Positions 39,273 to 47,994 of a stretch of 64,000 nucleotides of DNA are shown here, in pieces. The DNA comes from Pontiella sp. Lineage in GTDB: Bacteria > Verrucomicrobiota > Kiritimatiellia > Kiritimatiellales > Pontiellaceae. The notes beneath the pieces are model-generated. The model ran no database searches. It was not told the origin of the DNA and saw nothing but the letters and a program-made list of their open reading frames with translations. The stretch covers positions 1 to 64,000 of the forward strand of contig JBNKHE010000009.1 of the NCBI GenBank assembly GCA_050290185.1, in the 5' to 3' direction. Made by a program: the position numbers and the translations under genes. Position 1 is the stretch's first letter. Each line of letters begins with the position of its first letter.

Positions 39273-41102
39273 ATGGCATATAAGTTTTTGGAAGAAGTCG
39301 AATTAGTGGGATTGTCGAACGATTGGAGCCGCCTGACGGAAGAGCAGCAGGAATTGATCAACAGGCTGGTTGAAAACGGCCAGCAACACCTGTTTGACGG
39401 GTGGGACGGGCCGGGATCGGCTGATGCTGAAAAGGACGCTTTTCTGGATTCTCTCGCGAAGATCGACAGCAATTATCCCGGCGGTCTGGTCGGCTACATT
39501 ACGAATAGCCGCAAACTGCTGGCGGAGGCCAAGGCCGGATCAAACCCGTTCGAGGGCCTGACTCCGGAAAAGCCGGACACCGTGGATCTGACTGAATTCA
39601 CTGCCGAATTTGAAAAATATGAAGCCATCGGCGTATCGCATTTCGACAAGGTGGGTATTGTGCTGGTGGCTGGCGGGCTGGGTGAACGTTTGGGCTACAA
39701 TGGGATCAAACTCGACATCGCCGTCGAAGTTCTGGAATCAACGTCCTACCTCAAACATTATGCCGACAATCTACTGGCGATGCAGGCGCGTTCGGAAAGC
39801 AAGCGTCCGGTGCCGTTTGTCATCATGGTATCCCAGGACACCGGCCCGAAAACCATCCAATCTCTGGAGGCCAACAACTATTTCGGTTTGGATCGGTCCC
39901 AGGTGCATATTCTCCAGCAGGAACTGGTTCCGGCCATTGCCGACAACGACGGCAAGCTGGCGCTGGACGAAAAATACAAACTGATCCTCAAGCCGCACGG
40001 CCATGGCGATATCCACATGCTGCTGCATACCAGCGGCCTCGCGGCCAGGCTGCAGGCAGACGGCATCGAGTACCTGATGTTTATTCAGGATACCAATGGC
40101 CCGAGCTTTAACACGCTTCCTTCTGCGATTGGGGTATCGGTTGAAAAGGGATACGACTTCAACTCGCTCGCGATCAACCGGGTGCCAGGCGAAGCCGTCG
40201 GGGGGCTGGCGAAGCTCGTTGGCCAAGGCAAGGAGTTCACGCTGAACGTGGAATATAATCAGCTCGACCCGCTGTTGCGCGCCACGATCAGTCCCGAGGG
40301 CGATGTGGCCGACGAGCACGGATTCTCCATGTTCCCCGGAAACTGCAACACCCTGGTGATCCGGATCGCCTCGTACGTCCGTATTCTCGAGGAGTCGCAG
40401 GGCATCATTGCCGAGTTTGTTAATCCCAAGTATACCGACGAAACGAAGTCGGGCTTCAAAAAGCCGACCCGACTCGAAACCATGATGCAGGATCTACCAA
40501 AACTTTTCGGGGAGTCCGAAAAAGTGGGCGTAACGATCTTTAGCCGCATGTGGAGTTTCTCGCCCAACAAAAATAATATTGCCGATGCGGCGGCGAAGAT
40601 CGCTTCCGGGGGGCCGGCCGATGCCAGCGCCACCGCCGAGAACGATTTCTATGCGGCCGGTCGCGCAAGGCTTGAGGTGGCGGGAATGAACGTGGATGAA
40701 GCTCGTCAGGAAATGATTCTCGGAGTGCCGTTCACGCTGGGTCCGAAAGTGATCCTGCGCCCGTCCTTTGCCATGACCCTTGATGAAGGGTGCGACAAGG
40801 TGAATGGCGGCTCGATTTCCGGCGAAGCCACTCTGATTGTCGACGGCGAGGATATCGAACTGGATGGCGTCGAACTGTCCGGATCATCCGCGCTGGTGGT
40901 GAAGGCCTGCGAGGGCGCGAAGGTCACGGTTCGGGGCAAATTCAGAAATGCCGGCTTCGAGCTGGTCAGGCTGACGGATGCCGAACGTTCCGCCGAAAGC
41001 GATGTGCCGGAATACCTCAAGATTCGGGGCTATAAATTCGAAAACCGCGGCGCGGCCATTTACGAATTCAACGAGCCGGGTGAATACGTCGTCGAAGAGT
41101 AG
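39273..41102 (+). CDS. UDP-sugar pyrophosphorylase (plant/protist USP type)
   Basis: VLVAGGLGERLGYNGIK, KPHGHGDIH, FIQDTN, NVEYNQLDPLLR, FPGN, EFVNPKY, KPTRLETMMQD. Confidence 0.88.
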   Translation: MAYKFLEEVELVGLSNDWSRLTEEQQELINRLVENGQQHLFDGWDGPGSADAEKDAFLDSLAKIDSNYPGGLVGYITNSRKLLAEAKAGSNPFEGLTPEKPDTVDLTEFTAEFEKYEAIGVSHFDKVGIVLVAGGLGERLGYNGIKLDIAVEVLESTSYLKHYADNLLAMQARSESKRPVPFVIMVSQDTGPKTIQSLEANNYFGLDRSQVHILQQELVPAIADNDGKLALDEKYKLILKPHGHGDIHMLLHTSGLAARLQADGIEYLMFIQDTNGPSFNTLPSAIGVSVEKGYDFNSLAINRVPGEAVGGLAKLVGQGKEFTLNVEYNQLDPLLRATISPEGDVADEHGFSMFPGNCNTLVIRIASYVRILEESQGIIAEFVNPKYTDETKSGFKKPTRLETMMQDLPKLFGESEKVGVTIFSRMWSFSPNKNNIADAAAKIASGGPADASATAENDFYAAGRARLEVAGMNVDEARQEMILGVPFTLGPKVILRPSFAMTLDEGCDKVNGGSISGEATLIVDGEDIELDGVELSGSSALVVKACEGAKVTVRGKFRNAGFELVRLTDAERSAESDVPEYLKIRGYKFENRGAAIYEFNEPGEYVVEE

Positions 41103-41106
41103 GTTT

Positions 41107-41179
41107 TGGAGTGAGGAGGCAAGCGAAGTGCGACATCGCTTAAAAAGCGGCGTGGCCTTCTAGTTTCCTCCGCACTCCA
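41107..41179. repeat. Long imperfect palindrome (REP-like) between convergent genes
   Basis: TGGAGTGAGGAGG...TTCCTCCGCACTCCA outer arms; GCGACATCGCTT/AAGCGGCGTGGC inner arms. Confidence 0.7.
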
Positions 41180-41186
41180 GGATGAA

Positions 41187-42938
41187 CTACCCGTAGCCGT
41201 CGGATTGGAGCTTGTCGAGATAGTCGTCGGGGTTGATTTCTTCCGGTATGGCGTATCCGGGTGCTTCCCCGGACATTTCCCGGTTCAGCTTTTCGCGTTT
41301 GATCCAGAACTGGGGCTGCTGCTCGGCGAGGGCGATGCTCTTGACGTGCTTGGAGATGCGCCAGAAGTTGGAGAGATAGTCGTTGAAGATCATACCGGCA
41401 ATCGGGGTGACGGCCTTTTCTTCGAGCCGCTGCAGGTGTGCCTGCTGGACGGTCATGGCGGTTGCGCAGAACTCTTCGCGCAACTGCAGGATTTCCTTGG
41501 CCATCTCCTGGAAATGTGCGGTTTCGGGATCGAGCGACGCGATCACCTTGGCCAGTAGTTTGCCCACAGCCTGATGGACGGCCAGCCAATCCTCGACGGC
41601 TTCGGGGACAAACCTTGCGGCGGGCAAGGCACGCTGACGTTGCGCGATGGTTCCAAGGTTGGCGACATGGTCACCGACGCGTTCAATATCCGACATACAC
41701 CGGTCAATGTGCTCGATCAGGATCGCCTGCCGCTTGGACAGATAATGGCGTGTGAGCTTCGCGATATAGACACGCATGGATGCCTTGATGGCATTCACAC
41801 TTTGCTCGTTGATTCTTATTAGCCGTTCGCGGCGGGCCTCGTGCCGGATGAACTCCTCGGCGGCCAGGTAGAGGCTGTGGGCGCAGATACGTGCGGTGCG
41901 CTGCAGCTCGCGCAGGCAGGCGAAGATCGCTTGTTCGGGGCGGGCGAGCAGTTGGTCGTCGAGGAAGGTGGGTTCCGGCTGTGCGGTGCGCGAGGGAACG
42001 AGCTTCGTGGCGATTTTGGCCAGGAGCGGAGCGAGTGGGAGCAACAGGAAGGCGAAGACGATCATTTTGATGGTGTCGGCGTTGGCGGCCTGTCGGATCA
42101 GGTCGCCGGAGGTATAGTGGATGTATTTGAAGAACAGTGGTGCCGCAATGATGCCCAGCGTGGAGCTGACCAGGTTGAACAGCAGATGAACGATGGCGGC
42201 CCGGCGGGCATCGATGGTCGTGCCGATGCTGCCAAGCAAACCGGTAACGCAGGTGCCGATGTTGGCGCCGAGAATGATGGGGTACATCCCTTCGAATTCG
42301 GTGATGGCTCCGGCGGAGATCATGGCGAATCCCATGCCGATGACCGCGCCGCTGCTTTGCACGACCCCCGTTATGAGTGCCGCCGCGAGTGTGCCGGTGA
42401 TGAGTCCGCTGACCGTACTTCCGTTGATGTGGGCAAGCCACGGTTCGAAGTCTTCGCGGAAGGGCCGGATGGCATCGCTCATGATGGACATGCCCAGGAA
42501 GAGCAGTCCGAAGCCCAGGAGCGCCAGCCCGCCGTTCTTGATCTTGCTGTTCCTGACAGCCAGATGGAGGATAAGACCGAGGAAGATGGCGTGGAGACTG
42601 TAGTCGCTCAGTTTCAGCGAAATCAGCTGCATGGAAAGCGTGGTGCCGATGTTGGCGCCGAGGATCGGGCCGACCGATTGGAGCAGGGTCATGAGGCCGG
42701 CATTGATGAAGCCGATATAGAGCACGACGGAGGCGCTGCTTTGGATCAGGGTGCCGACCATCGTTCCCATGCCGAGACCGACGAGACGATTGTGGGTGGC
42801 CTTGCCTAGCAGGCTGCGCATCCCGCTGCCCACGGCGGCGGACAGGCCGTCCCCCATGACCCGCATGCCATAGATGAAGAGCGCCAGACCGCCCAACAGC
42901 CAGAAGATCAATTCAGTAAGTGTATCCGGTGCGTTCAT
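41187..42938 (-). CDS. Na+/phosphate cotransporter family protein with PhoU-like domains
   Basis: Two QSS motifs, GANIGTT/GANIGTC repeats, DIERVGDH. Confidence 0.92.
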   Translation of the reverse strand: MNAPDTLTELIFWLLGGLALFIYGMRVMGDGLSAAVGSGMRSLLGKATHNRLVGLGMGTMVGTLIQSSASVVLYIGFINAGLMTLLQSVGPILGANIGTTLSMQLISLKLSDYSLHAIFLGLILHLAVRNSKIKNGGLALLGFGLLFLGMSIMSDAIRPFREDFEPWLAHINGSTVSGLITGTLAAALITGVVQSSGAVIGMGFAMISAGAITEFEGMYPIILGANIGTCVTGLLGSIGTTIDARRAAIVHLLFNLVSSTLGIIAAPLFFKYIHYTSGDLIRQAANADTIKMIVFAFLLLPLAPLLAKIATKLVPSRTAQPEPTFLDDQLLARPEQAIFACLRELQRTARICAHSLYLAAEEFIRHEARRERLIRINEQSVNAIKASMRVYIAKLTRHYLSKRQAILIEHIDRCMSDIERVGDHVANLGTIAQRQRALPAARFVPEAVEDWLAVHQAVGKLLAKVIASLDPETAHFQEMAKEILQLREEFCATAMTVQQAHLQRLEEKAVTPIAGMIFNDYLSNFWRISKHVKSIALAEQQPQFWIKREKLNREMSGEAPGYAIPEEINPDDYLDKLQSDGYG

Positions 42939-43059
42939 ACCTGTCTCTTGCTTCAGGTTACGTTACATGTCCGGGCCGCATCATGTCAAAGCGATGGGCT
43001 CCCTTGGGAAGAGGCAATCGGCACTGGCTTGTGGGGGCAGGACATTCCGTTGGGGCCGG

Positions 43060-44031
43060 TCAGGGTTGTTCGAAATAGACAACCCCTTGGCGGGGGCAGA
43101 CAGTTACAATATATTTTTCGAGCATTCGGCGTCCGGCGCGGGGGAATAGGTCCTGTGCGGCCAGCACTTCAGTGGGTACTTTGATAAATACCACTTCCCC
43201 CAGTTCAACCTGCTCTGTGACCGGTTCGCGAGTATCGCCGCGCGCAAAGGCATAGTCGCCGGCAAAGTCGAGTACGATGGGCACAGGCTTTCCGAAAACA
43301 GAGCCCTGTACGGCGAGGCAGTCCCGGCATACGGTGGAGACTCCGACCTGACCCATCAACCGCTTCTCGTCGGGGGTATAGGGTGTGCTGGAGGAAAAAC
43401 GGACGATCCCGTCGCGCAGGTTGAACTGGATGTATTGGAACTGCCGCAGATTGTCGTACCCGAGTACCGCATCCACTCGCGGGACCGTACTGCTGTACAC
43501 CACCGGTTTCATTGTTCCTTTGGCCATGCGAATATAGAAGGGGGTATTGTTCAGGGTTAGATCATCAATCTGGAGGAGGGGAATGATTCCCGCAAAGGCA
43601 TTGGCGCCTTCGGTACTGGCGGTGCCGAGATAGGTAACGACCTGGCCTTTATATTTGAGGAACGTGAGGGCATTCTTTGCCGCACAGGAATACTGCATCC
43701 ATGACGCATTGGAGGCGGTATCCAACAGCACGGTCATGCGTTTGCGGCGCGATTCTCCTTGCAGTTCTATGATCGGCAAGCCACCGGGCTTGAAGGTCCG
43801 GGAGGCCGACTGGTTGGCTTCGAGCAATGTGGCTCCGAAATAGGGCATGCCGTTGCCATAGGGAAACGAAAGCGAGTATCCGAGTTCCTCCAGCGGACGG
43901 GCTTTGGCCACCAATGCGTGTTGTTCCCGGTTGCCCAGAAACGATTCGTATTCCGTGCGGTCGCCGGTGGAGGTGCACCCTGCGGCCAATGCCGTTAACA
44001 GTAGGATTGTAGACGTTGGAATCAACTTCAT
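43060..44031 (-). CDS. Lipoprotein with a possible two-lobed retropepsin/aspartyl-protease-like fold
   Basis: Lipobox LAAGC; VLLDTAS, DAVLGYDNL and IVLDFAG segments. Confidence 0.6.
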   Translation of the reverse strand: MKLIPTSTILLLTALAAGCTSTGDRTEYESFLGNREQHALVAKARPLEELGYSLSFPYGNGMPYFGATLLEANQSASRTFKPGGLPIIELQGESRRKRMTVLLDTASNASWMQYSCAAKNALTFLKYKGQVVTYLGTASTEGANAFAGIIPLLQIDDLTLNNTPFYIRMAKGTMKPVVYSSTVPRVDAVLGYDNLRQFQYIQFNLRDGIVRFSSSTPYTPDEKRLMGQVGVSTVCRDCLAVQGSVFGKPVPIVLDFAGDYAFARGDTREPVTEQVELGEVVFIKVPTEVLAAQDLFPRAGRRMLEKYIVTVCPRQGVVYFEQP

Positions 44032-44280
44032 GGTGTTTTCCCCTATTTTATATGATAAGCGATCATCATGGGTTTTCTGGGTTGCTTGGTCAAATCTTGA
44101 ATAAGCTCCATGGCTCATCAAATATTTCTGTAGGGTCGGTTTAATTAAAAGAAAAGCCGACGGAATGCCGTTTTCTTTCTTTTTTTGGATGGATGTCTGC
44201 GCATATATGATAATTTCCGGCGTTTCCAAATGAATTTATGCATATGAAATAATGCCCGATAGGGATGGAGAGATCGTGTT

Positions 44281-47200
44281 ATGAAGATCCGGACTGTTGT
44301 TTTTGGTATGGTGTATGTGCTGTCGGTTGTCGCTGGACGGGCTGACTACCTGATCGACTTTGGTAATTATGTTGAAAACATAGTCACCGATACGAGTTAC
44401 GGGGCGAACGATGTGTTCATCGGAATCAATACCTCCACGAACGGGTTAAGGGTCTATAGTGGAAAAAGCGCGTTGGCCAACGCCTTGGTTGTGGGATATG
44501 CTTCAGGTTCCACAGGAAATTTTGTGGATCTTCGAGACGATTCCAGTCTGTTTTTGTCGGACCGGCTGTGTGTGGGGTACGATTCTTCCGGCAATACGCT
44601 GACCACTTCCGATGGAGCCTCGGTGCGTTCGAGTGGTTCGGGATTCGTCGGGTTCTTTGAACAGGCCGAAAACAACACCGTGGAGATCCGGGGGGCTGAG
44701 TCATCCTGGTTTCTGGGGGGGGATCTGTATGTTGGTTTGAACGGCAATGATAATAATCTCCGGATCGCCGACGGCGCTTTGCTTGTTACGGGCGGCTCGC
44801 TCATTATTGGGGACGGAAAAACAGCGGACAACAACACGATGACGGTTTCGAACGCCGGTTCATATGTCGAATACGACGTGTTTGTCGGCAGCGTAGGCGA
44901 AGGAAACCAGTTGCGTCTCGTGGATGGATCCACGCTCGATTCATTAAACGGTTTCGTGGGAGTAACCAACCTTGCAGACGACAACCTGATCTATGTTTCG
45001 GGGGGATCCACATGGACAAACTATGGCGGTCTTTACATCGGCAACGTGGATAATACGGGGAACGGTATTACAGTCACCAATGGGGGGGGCATTGTCACAT
45101 ATGATGGGCTGCAGATCGATGGAACCGGCAACACATTCAATCTGGAGCGCGGGGGATCGTTGACGGTGCAGACTAATTTTGATGCATCCATTACCGGATT
45201 CAATTTTAACGAAGGCGGCGCGCTGTATGTCGGAGGGATGCTTACTGGGGCCACGAGCGAAATTGAGGGTGAACGCACTTTGGGCTTGGTTGGTTTCAAT
45301 GGATGGTGGAATCAGGCTGGCAGCAACGTCGTTGTAGGCGGAGCGTCTTCCGGTAATACACTTGATGTCTCGGATGGGGGATGGGTCGATGCGGGTGCGG
45401 TGTCCGTGGGATCAGGCAATGCCGTAACCGGTAATACCGTATCCGTAACGGGCGACGGCGCCGTACTGAACATCGAAGGATCGCTGGCCGTGGGAACGGT
45501 CTCCAATGCGGACAATCTGGTTGAGGTCTCATCCGGTGGAACGATTCTGCTGGGCGGCAATCTGATTATGGGCGGATCAAACAATACCTTCAATCTCGGC
45601 GACGGCGGATGGTTGGTGGCCAGCAACGGCTTAGATGCTTCGGCTCAGGGATTCAATTTCCTTGCCGGCGGTACGCTGGAATCGATGGGAACACTCTCCG
45701 GTCTGGATGGCTCCATCGAAGATCGCCGGGCGGTTCTGCTGTCCGGCAGCAATGCCGTGTGGAATCTGGGAACAAACCTGCTCCAGGTGGGTTCTGCTTC
45801 ATCTTCTAATGTATTGTATGTGACCGATGGGGCCTATCTGGCCAGCGGAGACGCAATAATTGGGAGCACGGGCGCAACCGGAAGCTGGGTCTATGTGGCC
45901 GGTCCGGGATCGGTCTGGACCAACGCCGGCGACCTGTCCATGGAGGGATACTACAATGACCTGCTCATTGAAAATGGCGGGTATGTGGCGGTGGGCCAAT
46001 CGCTCTCCGTTAAGAATGAGTCCGCTATTTCATTTGCTTCCGGCGGGCATGCGACAGCATCCAACTACTTTCAGGATGCTACTTCTATTTTTGCATTCGA
46101 AAACATTACCAACTCGACCGCCGTTCCGGCGTTGCTTGTGGTGGACGATGCGGCCGAATTCGAGGGAGGAGCGACGCTGGAATATACCGGAACTATCAGT
46201 GGTCTGGAGCGGGGAATCACATTCACCAACCATCTGGTTAATGCGGGAACACTGGTTGTGGATGGAGTAACGAACGCTACGGGAACCGATCTGGATGCCT
46301 TGAACATTGCCGGCCTTGGATCGTTGCTCTCCATAGATCTGGTTTCGGAAAACGACGATTTGATTGCCCTCATCACCCGGCTGCGGTTGGCTGATAGCGC
46401 CGGCTTTTCCGCCGGCACCGACATGGCTGGTGTGAGCGAGGAAATTGACCAGATGGCTGATGGCGGCGACCCGCGCTCAGAAAACATGCTGAACACGCTT
46501 TCGCAACTTAATGCAGCCAAGCAGAACTCCGAGTTGTCCCAGCTCTACGATCGTCATGCACCTTCCTATGCCCATGCAAAGGGTATGATTGATGGCTTCA
46601 AGCAGGTTCGCCAGCGCGGAGTCGTTCCCGGTGCCATGCTTCCCCGTGGCGCGTTTGGACCTCATTTCTACAGTACGCAAGTTCAGGGATGGATCAAGGG
46701 ATACGGTAGCTGGGGGCAGCGCGACGGTGCTTCCGCTTTCCCGGGCTATGATCAATCCACCTATGGCGTTGCTTTGGGTGTGGACAAGAGCTATGGCGAC
46801 CTGCTGGCCGGTGTGGCGGGCGGCATGGCCACCACGGACATCAGCCAGGATGACGGTGATAGTAGCGATGCTCAGACGGGATACGGTCTCGTCTATGCCT
46901 CCTGGGGCACACTATCCTGGTTTGGCGACCTGAACTTTGGATATGGCCGCAGCTTGATCAATGACCGTTCGGGTACTTCCTTTAAGACCACCGCCGAATA
47001 CAATGCCGACCAGCTCGGTTTCTATGCAGGCGGCGGCAAGGAGATGGTGTTCATGGAAGACCGGCTCTTCATTACGCCTTCGGCGGCCCTGTCGGGTTCA
47101 TACTATATGCAGGAAAGCTATGTTGAAAGTTCAACAATGGCCCTGCCTCGGCGGGTTGATGAATTCGACTACCTCAGCCTTCAATCTGAAGTGGGGCTCA

Positions 47201-47499
47201 AGGCCAGCTATACGCATGCGCTGAAGCGGTCGGTTCTCGAGCCGGAGGGACATGTCAACTGGATGCACGAGTTCAATGCCGACGAGGAACGCATTGGCTA
47301 TTCGCTTGTCGGAGGCACGGGAAGCTACAGCTTTGGCGTGGCGGCCCCGGTTGAGGATATCTACGAAGTCGGATTGGGACTGGGCTGGTGGCTGCACGGT
47401 CAGCAGAACGTCTATCAGTGGTCGGTTGGGTTGGATGGCCGCTTTGGTGATGGCTATACGGAAACCACCGCCAGCCTGCGCTTACTCAGCCAGTTCTAA
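44281..47499 (+). CDS. Autotransporter (type Va) with a Gly/Asn-rich beta-helical passenger
   Basis: Signal peptide, repeated VG..GN.L.V..GG motifs, C-terminal beta-barrel (GWIKGYG...) ending in Phe. Confidence 0.9.
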   Translation: MKIRTVVFGMVYVLSVVAGRADYLIDFGNYVENIVTDTSYGANDVFIGINTSTNGLRVYSGKSALANALVVGYASGSTGNFVDLRDDSSLFLSDRLCVGYDSSGNTLTTSDGASVRSSGSGFVGFFEQAENNTVEIRGAESSWFLGGDLYVGLNGNDNNLRIADGALLVTGGSLIIGDGKTADNNTMTVSNAGSYVEYDVFVGSVGEGNQLRLVDGSTLDSLNGFVGVTNLADDNLIYVSGGSTWTNYGGLYIGNVDNTGNGITVTNGGGIVTYDGLQIDGTGNTFNLERGGSLTVQTNFDASITGFNFNEGGALYVGGMLTGATSEIEGERTLGLVGFNGWWNQAGSNVVVGGASSGNTLDVSDGGWVDAGAVSVGSGNAVTGNTVSVTGDGAVLNIEGSLAVGTVSNADNLVEVSSGGTILLGGNLIMGGSNNTFNLGDGGWLVASNGLDASAQGFNFLAGGTLESMGTLSGLDGSIEDRRAVLLSGSNAVWNLGTNLLQVGSASSSNVLYVTDGAYLASGDAIIGSTGATGSWVYVAGPGSVWTNAGDLSMEGYYNDLLIENGGYVAVGQSLSVKNESAISFASGGHATASNYFQDATSIFAFENITNSTAVPALLVVDDAAEFEGGATLEYTGTISGLERGITFTNHLVNAGTLVVDGVTNATGTDLDALNIAGLGSLLSIDLVSENDDLIALITRLRLADSAGFSAGTDMAGVSEEIDQMADGGDPRSENMLNTLSQLNAAKQNSELSQLYDRHAPSYAHAKGMIDGFKQVRQRGVVPGAMLPRGAFGPHFYSTQVQGWIKGYGSWGQRDGASAFPGYDQSTYGVALGVDKSYGDLLAGVAGGMATTDISQDDGDSSDAQTGYGLVYASWGTLSWFGDLNFGYGRSLINDRSGTSFKTTAEYNADQLGFYAGGGKEMVFMEDRLFITPSAALSGSYYMQESYVESSTMALPRRVDEFDYLSLQSEVGLKASYTHALKRSVLEPEGHVNWMHEFNADEERIGYSLVGGTGSYSFGVAAPVEDIYEVGLGLGWWLHGQQNVYQWSVGLDGRFGDGYTETTASLRLLSQF

Positions 47500-47594
47500 A
47501 CCTTGTTGTCTAGCGGTACCGTTCGTAATCGCAGGGCATTGGTGATTACGGAGACGGAGCTGCTGCTCATGGCCGCGTTCGCCGGTGTGGCCAT
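47496..47594 (-). pseudogene. 3' remnant of a heavy-metal P1B-type ATPase (CopA-like)
   Basis: AAMSSSSVSVITNALRLR matches the last-TM motif AAAMxxSSVSVxxNALRL of P1B ATPases; the rest of the gene is absent. Confidence 0.7.
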
Positions 47595-47598
47595 GGTG

Positions 47599-47826
47599 TT
47601 AAATGACGTCCACGAACGCACCCGTCTCCTCGTCGCGACAGACGCTTTCAAGCTTGGCGATCTTGGAGCAGGTTTACTGGTAGCGGCGGAGGATGTGCCA
47701 GCGGTCCATCTCGAAATCGGAGAGGTTGCCGACCATGGTGCCCTGGCCGAGGCCGACCATGCGGTTGCGGGTGTCCTTGCCGAACAGCCAGACGACCATC
47801 TCAACAATCGTATCGGGAACACCCAT
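47599..47826 (-). pseudogene. Unidentified gene fragment with an in-frame stop
   Basis: Coding-like GC3-rich frame (MVVWLFGKDTRNRMVGLGQGTMVGNLSDFEMDRWHILRRYQ*TCSKIAKLESV...) interrupted by TAA. Confidence 0.35.
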
Positions 47827-47994
47827 ATTATCCCTGTTATCACCTGTAGAAGCTATAGAGGTGCATTGCATTAAGTCAAAGCGGGGAACGTTACAACTGC
47901 ACGTATGTTCCATTGGTTTTTGTTGTCTTTTGTCCGATGGCCGATATGCTCCGAAAGATCTAGCCGGGCGGGCAAACTGAAACTGAGGTGGAGC

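Noticed and set aside
47503..47874. 123-aa plus-strand ORF after the autotransporter
   Set aside because: It reads as the antisense shadow of the minus-strand gene fragments.
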